Assembly: GCA_035291665.1 (NCBI GenBank)
Contig: DATDRP010000006.1
Location: 209,255 to 273,254, forward strand
Reading direction: 5' to 3'
Source of the DNA: Patescibacteria group bacterium
Lineage (GTDB): Bacteria > Patescibacteriota > Microgenomatia > UBA8517
DNA length: 64,000 nucleotides
The notes under the pieces were generated by a model that saw nothing but the letters and a program-made list of their open reading frames with translations, made no database searches and was not told the origin of the DNA. Below are positions 1-9,306 of the stretch, piece by piece (within the stretch, counting starts at the first letter, position 1; every line of letters begins with the position of its first letter). The translations under genes and the position numbers were made by a program.

Positions 1-308
1 CTTGTCTTGAATATTCTTTCCGAAGATACGTTTTCATTTAAGGAAAAGCTTGAACTTATTATTGTGGCACCGTTTATGTATATCCTTTTTTATACATTGA
101 GTATGGTGGAATATGTTGCTCTTATAAAGTCATGGATAAATATGCCGGGTTTGAAGAAAAGTTTACTATCCGATAAACAAAATTGGAAACCAATCACAAG
201 ATTGGGGTTTAAGGAAAGTGTGTAATCCCCACAGGGATGATTGTTTTTACTATTATTTGATATATAATTGGCCCAAAGAATAAATTCATCACTGCCCATG
301 TAATTAAC

Positions 309-974
309 ATGGTATTAACAGAAGAAGATAAAAGCCGGATTGAGGAAGAAGAAAAATACAGAGCTCAGGTTAGAGGAGATCTGAAAGAAGAAAAACCTCC
401 AAAAAAAGCCAGTGTTGGTAAGGGGTGTCTTACATTAATACTAATTCTAATCATTGGCTTTGTAATAATATCTTTATTGTCGACTCCTAAGAGTAAGAAC
501 ACTTCAACTGAAAACTCAGTGCCGACTCAATCTCCGGCACAAATAGAACAGGAAAAAGGTGCTGAGGAAATGAAAATAAAAAATCTAAGTAACAGCATTT
601 GCGAAAAGAGAAGCGATGGAATGCCATATCTGAATTTGGAATCAATTTCCAAGATGATTGATGGTCAATGGAAAGAAGGGGAATTAATTTATAACACGAC
701 AACAAAACCCCTACCTGATATTTGCGATAAGATAGCCGGGTTCTGTTTGAAAACTTGGGGAGAAACCGAATGCCAAGGGATTGCTGAAAAGAAGATTTGG
801 ATTGACATGAGCCAATTTCAGTTGGAATTGGCTATGGGAAACCCCCGTGACAAGAACAACACGACGGGTACCTGGGGAATACACTCACAATGGGTATATG
901 GTGATTTTGGACCTTACATATATTTGGAGGGTGAAGATAAAGATAGTATGAAGGTTACAAGTTGGCAGGATTAA
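309..974 (+). CDS. hypothetical membrane-anchored protein (charged N-terminus, one TM helix LTLILILIIGFVIISLL, extracytoplasmic domain)
   Basis: ORF track. Hydrophobic helix after a K/E-rich N-terminus. No recognisable catalytic motif. Confidence 0.5.
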   Translation: MVLTEEDKSRIEEEEKYRAQVRGDLKEEKPPKKASVGKGCLTLILILIIGFVIISLLSTPKSKNTSTENSVPTQSPAQIEQEKGAEEMKIKNLSNSICEKRSDGMPYLNLESISKMIDGQWKEGELIYNTTTKPLPDICDKIAGFCLKTWGETECQGIAEKKIWIDMSQFQLELAMGNPRDKNNTTGTWGIHSQWVYGDFGPYIYLEGEDKDSMKVTSWQD

Positions 975-1026
975 ATATTACAACAGCGTTAATTCCAATT
1001 CCCGGTGTGGAAATCCTCGTTTACCT

Positions 1027-1845
1027 ATGTCTATTGAATCAAAGAGCAATGCTTTGAAGGTTGCATCAACTCTTTTTTATAAAAAAAGAGCAGGGAACCG
1101 GGCGGGTTTAAGATTAACATACCGGATGCTGGCTGAACAGGATCCTCGGGCTCCATATTCTACGAACGAATCTTTGGTTAATGATATTTTTGAAGTCATG
1201 GACGATTTTCAAGACAAAACCAAGCATTTTGATCTACTTCGTTTATATTGGCTAAAAGCTGAAAAATACGATACGTCCGAGATTTTTTTGTCAGCTATAC
1301 AGTTTATGGATGATCACAACGCAATTTTACCCAAGACCACCCTTCCCCCGGCGGATGACATACTCGAGTTTTCAAACTTTGTTTTACAAAGCACGGATAA
1401 GGCTACTCATAAAAAGCAGTTCGAAAAATTGATGCAAATTTCAGGTGGAAATCCGATTGGTGCGTCAAATGTTGGCTTTATTGCATCCAGGCTGTATGCC
1501 CGGGGAGGCGATACAAGAGCATATCCGGAAATAAAAATTGGAATAGAAGATATTGTCGCCTGGAATGTAAAGATGCCCTATTTTGAGGGAAACGGGAAAA
1601 CAAATGATGCCTCAGGAGATAACTATTATTTTTGGACACATTTTTTTGCGGCCTCAACACTGCGTTTAATCGGAACCGCCGAGGCGAATTTTTACGATAA
1701 AATTTTTGAATACGGTTCGGATATAATGACTTTTGTCAGAAAAACTTTTGTCGGACAGCCCACCGTCACAGCACACCGCGAAGCATCTATGATCGGAAGG
1801 AATTTGGGAATTGCAGTTATAGAGAAATGTGAGGGATCTATTTGA
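1027..1845 (+). CDS. hypothetical protein
   Basis: Long ORF consistent with local coding density. No motif recognised. Confidence 0.45.
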   Translation: MSIESKSNALKVASTLFYKKRAGNRAGLRLTYRMLAEQDPRAPYSTNESLVNDIFEVMDDFQDKTKHFDLLRLYWLKAEKYDTSEIFLSAIQFMDDHNAILPKTTLPPADDILEFSNFVLQSTDKATHKKQFEKLMQISGGNPIGASNVGFIASRLYARGGDTRAYPEIKIGIEDIVAWNVKMPYFEGNGKTNDASGDNYYFWTHFFAASTLRLIGTAEANFYDKIFEYGSDIMTFVRKTFVGQPTVTAHREASMIGRNLGIAVIEKCEGSI

Positions 1846-1856
1846 TATAATAGTAG

Positions 1857-2459
1857 ATGACGGAACGAAATAGACAATTTACTGCTCCACCGGAATTTTC
1901 CAAAACTTATACTGCTTCAACCGATTCAATTGGTCAAATGAGTATTGATTTAGGTAACGTCTTTGTCTGGTTGGGATCTTCAAGGGAAATGGGAAGCCGG
2001 ATGGCTTGGCATGAATATCTCCATATGATGGCGGATGGGGTAAGAGACGGACAGCTGGGATACCGGGTTGGCGCCTCTTCAATAGTTGCTTACTATATGG
2101 TTTTTGGGAAAAGAGATCCCGGGGAAATGATGAAAATTGCCTCGGCGCCGGGTTTTGGGGAAATGAGCGGACAGGATCACAACATTTATAACAGCGCAAA
2201 AACCGATTATTATCATGAACTTCAGGAAAAAGACAGGGAAAAGGTACGGGAAGATTTGAATGCGTATATCAAGATCAGAAATAAACTGCACGAGCTTGAC
2301 CGGTATGGAGGTCTCACACCGGACCAAATTGAAAAAATGGATTTCGGAATCTTCAGCGAGAATAAAGATCTTATAAAGCGAGCGGTAGATGAGGTGAAAA
2401 AAGAAATTAACGGAAACAGGAAAAACGATGTTTTAATGGAAAGAACGGTTATAATTTGA
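1857..2459 (+). CDS. hypothetical protein with HExxH-like motif (AWHEYLHMM)
   Basis: ORF track. Possible zinc-binding HEYLH motif. Otherwise unassigned. Confidence 0.4.
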   Translation: MTERNRQFTAPPEFSKTYTASTDSIGQMSIDLGNVFVWLGSSREMGSRMAWHEYLHMMADGVRDGQLGYRVGASSIVAYYMVFGKRDPGEMMKIASAPGFGEMSGQDHNIYNSAKTDYYHELQEKDREKVREDLNAYIKIRNKLHELDRYGGLTPDQIEKMDFGIFSENKDLIKRAVDEVKKEINGNRKNDVLMERTVII

Positions 2460-2485
2460 CATCTGGATGGGATTTAATATAGAAT
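2456..2485 (+). promoter_or_regulatory. candidate sigma70-type promoter TTGACA-N18-TAGAAT reading into the Arg-codon leader ORF
   Basis: TTGACA at 2456-2461 and TAGAAT at 2480-2485. The predicted transcription start falls at the leader ORF ATG at 2493. Confidence 0.3.
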
Positions 2486-2492
2486 ATCGCAA

Positions 2493-2552
2493 ATGTTTGA
2501 AGATTTCTCAGTCACCACAAAGCTAATTTTGTCTCTCCGCAGGAGAACATAG
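2493..2552 (+). CDS. candidate attenuation leader peptide MFEDFSVTTKLILSLRRRT (three consecutive Arg codons CGC-AGG-AGA before the stop)
   Basis: 19-codon ORF read from the sequence. The Arg codons sit directly 3' of segment 1 (TCTCTC, 2532-2537) of an alternative-pairing attenuator. See findings. Confidence 0.45.
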   Translation: MFEDFSVTTKLILSLRRRT

Positions 2553-2591
2553 CTTTTGGTGAGAGGAACTTAAATATTCCTGTTAATACGA

Positions 2592-2618
2592 CCTCTCACG
2601 AAAACGAGAGGTTTTTTT
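2592..2618 (+). terminator. intrinsic terminator CCTCTC-acgaaaac-GAGAGG plus T7, ending 5 nt before the ATG at 2624; part of an attenuator
   Basis: 6-bp GC-rich stem with an 8-nt loop and a run of 7 T. An upstream GTGAGAGG (2559-2566) can pair with CCTCTCAC (2592-2599) as an antiterminator. Confidence 0.6.
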
Positions 2619-2623
2619 GTATC

Positions 2624-3757
2624 ATGAAGGGAAAAAAAATGATTAAAGAAACAGAAAAACAACTAGCATTAGATCAAAAATCACTCACAGATAAATACTA
2701 TGAGTTTATAGATTTTTCTTATGACTATGGAGCAATCTCAGATTTCCCGGTTCCGGGAAAGAAGGGACTTAATAGATATTTGCCGCTATTGCCGGTTGAG
2801 AGTGTTGATACCAAGATAAAAAATTTGGGGAATACTCCTTTGGAAAAGGCTAAAAAATTTGGTTATGAGGTTGGTTTGTCTAATCTTTGGATCAAAAGAG
2901 AAGACTTGAACCCGACTGGATGTTTTAAAGACAGAGAAAGCGCGGTAATAATTTCAGCTGCGAAAGAAAGAAACATCACTTCAGTATATGTTGTTTCCTC
3001 TGGTAATGCGGCTTTATCTACAGCTAAGTTTGCGAAAGAAGCCGGTATAGCCTGCACCTGCTATGTACCTGAAAAGACCTCTAAAGAAAAGAAAGACCTT
3101 ATCCAAAAATATGGAGCAGAACTCGAATTGATTCCCGGTTTTTATGAAGATGTATATAGAACTGTTGTAGACATGCATCCAAAAGGATGGAACGTTACTT
3201 CTGGACAAAATCCATACAGAATCGAGGGCGGTAAAACGATGGCTTATGAAATAGTTGAACAATTAAAAGAAGTCCCTGATGTTGTTGTTATTCCGAGTGG
3301 AAACGGAGGTTGTTTGGCTGCAACATGGAAAGGGTTTAAGGAACTCAAAGAAATTGGAAAAATAGATAAACTACCAAAAATGGTGTGCGTACAAATAAAA
3401 GGGGCAGCTCCAATAAAAGTAGCTTTAGAACAGAACAAACCTTATGTGGTCCTCGGAGAAATTGAGGACTCAGTTGCTGAAGGAATTGTTGCTCAAGAAT
3501 CATATAACTCTCCACAAGCAGTCCAAGCTCTGAAAGAGTCGGGGGGCTATGTAATCGAAGTGAATGATTCGGAAGTAATCAGCGCTCTGAAGAAAATTAT
3601 AGAAACAGAATCTATCGTTCCTGAACCAACATCTGCAGCCACATTTGCAGCATTATACAAATTGGAAGAACAATCTGACTCACTTGTCGTTGCCGTTAAT
3701 ACTGGTGACGGAAAGAAAATGATAGATGAGGTTAAACATCTAATTCAGAAAACCTAA
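2624..3757 (+). CDS. PLP-dependent fold-type II enzyme, threonine synthase-like
   Basis: GNTPLE...REDLNPTGCFKDRES lysine motif and a Gly-rich SGNGG loop, typical of threonine synthase or threonine dehydratase family enzymes. Confidence 0.65.
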   Translation: MKGKKMIKETEKQLALDQKSLTDKYYEFIDFSYDYGAISDFPVPGKKGLNRYLPLLPVESVDTKIKNLGNTPLEKAKKFGYEVGLSNLWIKREDLNPTGCFKDRESAVIISAAKERNITSVYVVSSGNAALSTAKFAKEAGIACTCYVPEKTSKEKKDLIQKYGAELELIPGFYEDVYRTVVDMHPKGWNVTSGQNPYRIEGGKTMAYEIVEQLKEVPDVVVIPSGNGGCLAATWKGFKELKEIGKIDKLPKMVCVQIKGAAPIKVALEQNKPYVVLGEIEDSVAEGIVAQESYNSPQAVQALKESGGYVIEVNDSEVISALKKIIETESIVPEPTSAATFAALYKLEEQSDSLVVAVNTGDGKKMIDEVKHLIQKT

Positions 3758-3759
3758 AT

Positions 3760-4590
3760 ATGAGTATCGTAGAATCAATTAACGGAAAAGATAAACCCAA
3801 AGGAAATTGGATCAGTGTGGAACATGAGGGGAGTTTTCATCAGATAGAAATTGCAAAAACTCCGGAACAGTTGGCCGAAGCAAAGGCGCTTGATGATTTG
3901 GTTTTTGCCGGACATGTTGGTATAACAATGAATGAATTATATGAAATTGCTAATAATGGAGCGGTATTGCTCATGCGAGATATTAATGGGAATTTAATTG
4001 GAGAATCACAGGTAATAACCTCACCAATATCCGAACATCCTAATTTAGATAAAGATGAAGCTTATAATTATGGAACTGCTATATATCCGGGATTACAGAA
4101 TAACGGATTGGCTCAAGTCTTATTCAAAGCTCAAGAACAGATTGCAATCGAAGCTGGAAAATCAAAGAGCACTCTGACAGTCAGGCTTGAAAATGCCCAA
4201 AGCATCAGGGGAAGATTTAAATCTGGCTTCTACATTGTAGGCTATGATCCAAACCATTATGGTTCGTTCGAAGATGGTGGAGCAAGATTAATTATGGAAA
4301 AAAACCTTTCAAGAAAAAATGGGGTGGTCCCAGTACCTGTTCTTGCGGGAATGGTTGATCAGGGAAAGGTGAGAATTATAAATGGCCATACCGAAAGTCC
4401 CAATATGAAAGATGAGGGGTTGTTAATTGGAATCGGTGTTAATTCAGGCGACGAAATAGACCATGCGGCACATGTTGCTGTGAAAGAAGTTTTTGAAAAT
4501 AATAAACATCTTGGTATCGGTATTCTAAAGTCATGTGAATTTAAGACTAAAGTTGACAAAACAAGCCTGTTAGTTTTTACTGAAAAATAA
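3760..4590 (+). CDS. hypothetical protein, possibly GNAT-fold in the N-terminal half
   Basis: Weak GNAT motif-A-like LQNNGLAQVLF...IEAGKS segment. The assignment is tentative. Confidence 0.35.
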   Translation: MSIVESINGKDKPKGNWISVEHEGSFHQIEIAKTPEQLAEAKALDDLVFAGHVGITMNELYEIANNGAVLLMRDINGNLIGESQVITSPISEHPNLDKDEAYNYGTAIYPGLQNNGLAQVLFKAQEQIAIEAGKSKSTLTVRLENAQSIRGRFKSGFYIVGYDPNHYGSFEDGGARLIMEKNLSRKNGVVPVPVLAGMVDQGKVRIINGHTESPNMKDEGLLIGIGVNSGDEIDHAAHVAVKEVFENNKHLGIGILKSCEFKTKVDKTSLLVFTEK

Positions 4591-4600
4591 TTCACCTCAA

Positions 4601-5347
4601 ATGGTAAAAACAAATCCTTCGCATCTTAAGGAAAAATATAAATTATTATCAGAGAAATTAGATAGAGAATTACTTAAGATATCTTTCAAGGAAAATAAAG
4701 AAAATATAGTCTATTTGCCGGATTTAATAAAAAAACAAAATGTTGAGATGGTTATCAAGTACAAGGAAAATGCGTATTTAAGGGAATCAGTGGCTTTAAA
4801 TCTAATTAAAGCTGCAAAATATTTTAAAAATAAAAACTTTACTCTTGAATTGGAAAGTGCCTATAGAAGCATAAATGAACAAAAAAAACGGTTTATAAGT
4901 AGATATGCTTCAATTAAAAAAAAATATCCTAACAAACCAAAATCTGAATTATTGAAATTAGCAAATACATATACTGCAGGAATTTTAATATTAGCTGCTC
5001 ATACTGCAGGTGCGGCTGTTGATGTTCTTTTAAAAGACTGGAAAAATTCCAGTCTTGATTTTGGGACAGACTATCTTAATGGTGATGAAAAATCTGTTAC
5101 AGATTATCCTAATTTATCAAAAAAAGTTAAAGCAAATCGGAAAATTCTGAAAAAGGGTATGGAAAAATTTGGTTTTACTAATTACCCATTCGAATATTGG
5201 CATTACAGTATAGGTGATGTTTTTGCAGCTTATTTTAATAAACAAAAATATGCAAAGTATGGACCTGTTAATTATGATATGAAAAAAAATATCACAATAT
5301 TTTCGAACAATAAAAAAGATTTATATAAATTTTTTAAAATTAGATGA
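4601..5347 (+). CDS. M15-family zinc D-Ala-D-Ala dipeptidase-like protein (VanX/VanY-type)
   Basis: AAHTAGAAVDV matches the SxHxxGxAxD motif. EYWHYS matches the ExxH motif. Confidence 0.5.
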   Translation: MVKTNPSHLKEKYKLLSEKLDRELLKISFKENKENIVYLPDLIKKQNVEMVIKYKENAYLRESVALNLIKAAKYFKNKNFTLELESAYRSINEQKKRFISRYASIKKKYPNKPKSELLKLANTYTAGILILAAHTAGAAVDVLLKDWKNSSLDFGTDYLNGDEKSVTDYPNLSKKVKANRKILKKGMEKFGFTNYPFEYWHYSIGDVFAAYFNKQKYAKYGPVNYDMKKNITIFSNNKKDLYKFFKIR

Positions 5348-5898
5348 TAGAACAAGAAATAAATCCTCAAAAAAATGTAAAGATTGTTATCCCCGACACC
5401 TCTTCAGTAGGTGAATTTATCAATACAATCGAAGAAGTATCCAAATGGACACATTTTTATAAAGATACAATGTGGCCAAGGAGTCCTGAAAAAATAAAAA
5501 GTTACTTTCAGAAAGGACATTCTGTATTATTAGTAAATGAGAAAACCGATGAACTTCTTGCACATGGAGCGATAAAATGGATATCTGATGTTAATCCAAT
5601 ACTGGAAATAGGAACAGTTGTCGTTAATCCAAAATATAAAGGTTTAGGGTATGGTACTAAAGTTACTAAAGCGGTTATAGAACATGCGAACGTGATGTAT
5701 CCAGAAAAAACTCAGTTCGCGTTTTGTAATCCATCCAGCCTAGGGATATTAAAAAAATTAGGTGCTATCGAAGCACAAATAAACGATTTACCGCTAGAGG
5801 TATGGGAAGGATGCGCAACTTGCCCCAATAAACCTAAACCTGAAACCGGAAAATTTTGTTGCGATACGATTGTCTTTTTCCCTAAAGTCATTAACTAG
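5344..5898 (+). CDS. GNAT N-acetyltransferase with Cys-rich C-terminal tail
   Basis: Motif A VVVNPKYKGLGYGTK. C-terminal CATCPNKPKPETGKFCCD. Start overlaps the previous stop (ATGA). Confidence 0.55.
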   Translation: MIEQEINPQKNVKIVIPDTSSVGEFINTIEEVSKWTHFYKDTMWPRSPEKIKSYFQKGHSVLLVNEKTDELLAHGAIKWISDVNPILEIGTVVVNPKYKGLGYGTKVTKAVIEHANVMYPEKTQFAFCNPSSLGILKKLGAIEAQINDLPLEVWEGCATCPNKPKPETGKFCCDTIVFFPKVIN

Positions 5899-5917
5899 TT
5901 ATTAGTATCTAAATAAA

Positions 5918-6634
5918 ATGTCTGTCTCAAAAGAAATTTTTCAAAATGAGCATATTGTTTTACCTGTTATTCACGCGGAAACAGAAAACCAGGTTTTGGA
6001 CAATGCAAGAGTTGCATATGAGGCTGGTTGTGATGGAATATTTCTTATAAATATGAAGGATCCTACAACGTCCACCAGAATGAGCTACGAAAATCTTCGT
6101 AAGTTACACAAAATGGTACGTAGCGAATATGCCACTTGGTGGATCGGTGTAAATTATTTGGATTTACCAGCGGTTAAGGTTTTTGAAAATGTTGACTCTA
6201 CAGTTTCTGGAGTTTGGGTGGATAATGCGGAAATTTACGAATGGCTTGATAAGCAAGTGGCCGCGCATAAAATTCTTCAAGCCAGAGAGAATAGTGGTTG
6301 GCGTGGATTATACTTCGGAGGGGTCGCGTTTAAGTACCAAAAAGAAGTTGATAATCCAGGTCTTGCAGCAAAAATTGCAACTTCTTTTGTTGATGTTGTG
6401 ACAACCAGTGGTAAGGCAACAGGTTCTGCTCCCGATCTGGAAAAAATACGTTTGATGAAAGAATCTTTGGGAGAGTTTCCCTTAGCGATAGCGAGTGGTG
6501 TTTCTCCTGAAAATGTTAAGCAATTTATGCCTTATGCTGATTATTTCATTGTAGCAACAAGTATTTTGGTACATGGAACAGAAAACTTTGATATAAATAA
6601 AATTAAATCTTTAATTGACAATGTACGAGGGTAA
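5918..6634 (+). CDS. BtpA/SgcQ-family TIM-barrel protein
   Basis: N-terminal VLPVIHAE...AGCDGIFLIN and C-terminal TTSGKATGSAP...AIASGVSPENV...ADYFIVATSI match the BtpA family pattern. Confidence 0.5.
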   Translation: MSVSKEIFQNEHIVLPVIHAETENQVLDNARVAYEAGCDGIFLINMKDPTTSTRMSYENLRKLHKMVRSEYATWWIGVNYLDLPAVKVFENVDSTVSGVWVDNAEIYEWLDKQVAAHKILQARENSGWRGLYFGGVAFKYQKEVDNPGLAAKIATSFVDVVTTSGKATGSAPDLEKIRLMKESLGEFPLAIASGVSPENVKQFMPYADYFIVATSILVHGTENFDINKIKSLIDNVRG

Positions 6635-6719
6635 TTTCCCGGTAATAAGTCATATTAAAAATCGATATTATTAATTAATATTTGACTCCTATAATATAAA
6701 AAGAGTAGAATCCCCTTAA

Positions 6720-7634
6720 ATGTCGAAAGAGTCTACTATAGAGCAAGAAAAATTTGCGAAAGTTATACCACATATAGAAAATGAGTATTCGCCTCTTAAA
6801 AAAGTCTTAGTTAACAGGAATCCTCAATTGGTAACAACCTTTACAGATCTTGTGGTAAACCCTATACAAGGCAGATCTTTGGAAAAAGTTGAACATAGAG
6901 GAGAAATCAAAGTGCTTCCAGGTGCTGCTGAATGTCATGGAAATTTATTGAAGGTCTTATCTGAAAATGGTGTCGAACTTTTATATTCCGATGTTACTCC
7001 CATCAAAGAAGGTCATACACCACTCTTTACCAGAGATGTGGGGGTTGTTATTGATAACAGAGTATTACCTTCCAAAATGAGGTACGAGTATCGTTCAGTG
7101 GAGGTTCCGGAAATGTTGTCCAAAATTTCTGATGGCAGCATTATCAGAACAAACCAAGAATATAAAATAGAAGGAGGGGACGTCGTTTTTTTGGAACCAA
7201 ATCTTCTTCTAATTGGTATTGGTCCCCGAACCGATGTAAATGGATTAAATTTATTGAAGGGTATTTACCCGGGTAAAGAATTTATATCTTTTTCAACAGT
7301 CCGTAAAGAAGAAGCATTTCACATTGATACAAATTTGGGTATTTTGGGAAAGAAGCATTTGGTATATCTTCCCGAACTTGTCCCACAAGATGTTGTTAAC
7401 CTCTTAAAAGATCGGGATTATACATTTGTTGAAGCCGAAATGTCAGAACATGATACTTGCTGTACAAATATATTAGCTATTAATGATAGGAGAATAATCG
7501 CCCCTGCTGAAAATAAAATTACGAACTCAAGGATTCGAAAGTCGGGGGTTGAGGTAATAGAGGTATCACTTAAAGACATATTATCTTTCGGAGGGGGCCC
7601 TCACTGCTTAACACTCCCTCTTGTCAGAGATTAA
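6720..7634 (+). CDS. pentein-fold guanidino-group modifying enzyme (amidinotransferase / DDAH / arginine deiminase superfamily)
   Basis: N-terminal EYSPLKKVLVNRNP motif. C-terminal GGGPHCLTLPLVRD with the catalytic Cys in the position seen in arginine deiminase, DDAH and amidinotransferases. Confidence 0.6.
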   Translation: MSKESTIEQEKFAKVIPHIENEYSPLKKVLVNRNPQLVTTFTDLVVNPIQGRSLEKVEHRGEIKVLPGAAECHGNLLKVLSENGVELLYSDVTPIKEGHTPLFTRDVGVVIDNRVLPSKMRYEYRSVEVPEMLSKISDGSIIRTNQEYKIEGGDVVFLEPNLLLIGIGPRTDVNGLNLLKGIYPGKEFISFSTVRKEEAFHIDTNLGILGKKHLVYLPELVPQDVVNLLKDRDYTFVEAEMSEHDTCCTNILAINDRRIIAPAENKITNSRIRKSGVEVIEVSLKDILSFGGGPHCLTLPLVRD

Positions 7635-7637
7635 ATT

Positions 7638-8522
7638 ATGACAAGTGAACAAGAAGAAAAAAATATTTCTGACGGAAAAGATGCAAAGATTAATAATTCT
7701 GAGTTAGACGCAGTTAAAAAAGATACATACGTTAAAATTAAGTCAGAGTTTCCTGGAATAAGTCAGGAATTAACTGACACATTTTTAAAATACTTTTATC
7801 AGGACAACTCAATAAAGTATAAGACTAGTAACAGAGACATTGTCACCAAAGCGGATTTAGAAATCGAAAAAATATTTACAAGCTTTATCCATAAAAGATT
7901 TCCAAAACATAGAGTCGTAGGAGAAGAGACTTACGATCCACACGAAAAAGAACGAAGTGATTGGGTTTGGTATATTGATCCAATTGACGGTACAACAAAT
8001 TTTGCCCACCATAATGAAGAATGTGCCATCATGGTAGGTTTATTGCACAAACACCGACCTTTTTACTCTTGGATTAATTTTCCTGTAAAAAATCAAACTT
8101 ACACTTCGATTCCCAACGAAGGTTGCTACTTGAATGGCCAACAAATTGTAAGAATTCACGACAGGGAAGTTGAGCTTAATAATTCTCTGTTGGGTGTTCT
8201 CCAAGAAAGATCGTTGGAAGAATTCACAAAGATTTACAAAAATGTATGGAATAAAAATCAGGGAACACGAATTTATGGTTGTTCCGCTAGCCTATTTTGC
8301 AGGTTGGCAACGGGTGAGCTTGATGCATCAATTATAAAAGAATCTTATATTTGGGAATATGCATCAGGATTGTTGATAGCATCCGAATCTGGATGCTCAA
8401 CACATGTTGTTAACGGCAATCTTTTCAATGATAAAAAAACAGATTTGATTTTAGCCAGAGATAAAGGTTTACTTAATAATTTAATTCCTTTGGTAAATAT
8501 TCAAAAGGAGAAATTAGAATGA
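7638..8522 (+). CDS. inositol monophosphatase family phosphatase
   Basis: WYIDPIDGTTNFAHH matches the WxIDPIDGT motif, with an upstream EE metal-binding pair. Confidence 0.75.
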   Translation: MTSEQEEKNISDGKDAKINNSELDAVKKDTYVKIKSEFPGISQELTDTFLKYFYQDNSIKYKTSNRDIVTKADLEIEKIFTSFIHKRFPKHRVVGEETYDPHEKERSDWVWYIDPIDGTTNFAHHNEECAIMVGLLHKHRPFYSWINFPVKNQTYTSIPNEGCYLNGQQIVRIHDREVELNNSLLGVLQERSLEEFTKIYKNVWNKNQGTRIYGCSASLFCRLATGELDASIIKESYIWEYASGLLIASESGCSTHVVNGNLFNDKKTDLILARDKGLLNNLIPLVNIQKEKLE

Positions 8523-8538
8523 AAGAAAATGATAGGAT

Positions 8539-9075
8539 ATGATCGAAAATAGAGAACATCTAATTCCTAAGAATATAGTTTTTTTTGACGCCGACAAAAC
8601 CTTATGGCAGGTTATTACAACTGACGGATCAGACGATTGGTCAAGTAAAGTTAAAAATGCAACTTTCTTGCTTGATGATGGAAACACCGTTACCAGGAAA
8701 GAAAATGGGACAAAATTTGTTTTAAAGGATGAAGTGAAAGAATGTTTGGAAAAACTGTCAAAAGAAGGGATAGGAATCGGATTAATAAGTGACAATGAGC
8801 CGGAAGATGTTAAAAAAATAACGGATTTATTTGGGATCTCTGAATTTTTTGACTCAAAACTTATAAATGTTAGTTTATGGGAAGGTCCATGTCCGAAAGA
8901 AGTGATGATTACGGAAGTGGTTGAAAAAATCGGATCAGAAAATTTCTCAAGAGTACTGTTGGTTGATGATAAAGATTATAGTGAGGCAATGAAAAATTCA
9001 GGTTATTCATTTATACAATCTCCAAAGGACAGCTTTCCCAAAGAAATTGTTTTGGACTACTTTGGATTAAAATAA
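8539..9075 (+). CDS. HAD-superfamily phosphatase, MDP-1-like
   Basis: IVFFDADKTLW (DxDxT motif I resembling MDP-1 VVFDLDYTLW). LLVDDKD motif. Confidence 0.5.
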   Translation: MIENREHLIPKNIVFFDADKTLWQVITTDGSDDWSSKVKNATFLLDDGNTVTRKENGTKFVLKDEVKECLEKLSKEGIGIGLISDNEPEDVKKITDLFGISEFFDSKLINVSLWEGPCPKEVMITEVVEKIGSENFSRVLLVDDKDYSEAMKNSGYSFIQSPKDSFPKEIVLDYFGLK

Positions 9076-9183
9076 TCAGTAAGTGATTCGTCTGTTGGTA
9101 TTCCTAATTAGATTGATCAAGAAACGGACCATCGGTGAATGAAGAATTAAGAAGTTTATGAAAATTGTTAACGTCATGCGAGC

Positions 9184-9212
9184 TTACAAGCAATATATCA
9201 TTAATGTATATT
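9184..9212 (+). promoter_or_regulatory. candidate promoter TTACAA-N17-TATATT upstream of argG
   Basis: Sequence match to the sigma70 consensus, about 95 nt upstream of the argG ATG. Confidence 0.35.
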
Positions 9213-9306
9213 TCTCACCAATAAATGTATACTTATAAATTATTAAATAATTGGAGTAAGTTTTTATAGTGGTTGCCCACCTAAAAGATGGGTTTTTGAT
9301 GATAAA

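Noticed and set aside
9076-9306. ArgR (ARG-box) operator and leader peptide upstream of argG
   Set aside because: No convincing TNTGAATWWWWATTCANW-like pair. Small uORFs here are not Arg-rich. Only a weak hairpin CCCA-N9-TGGG plus T5 precedes the ATG.
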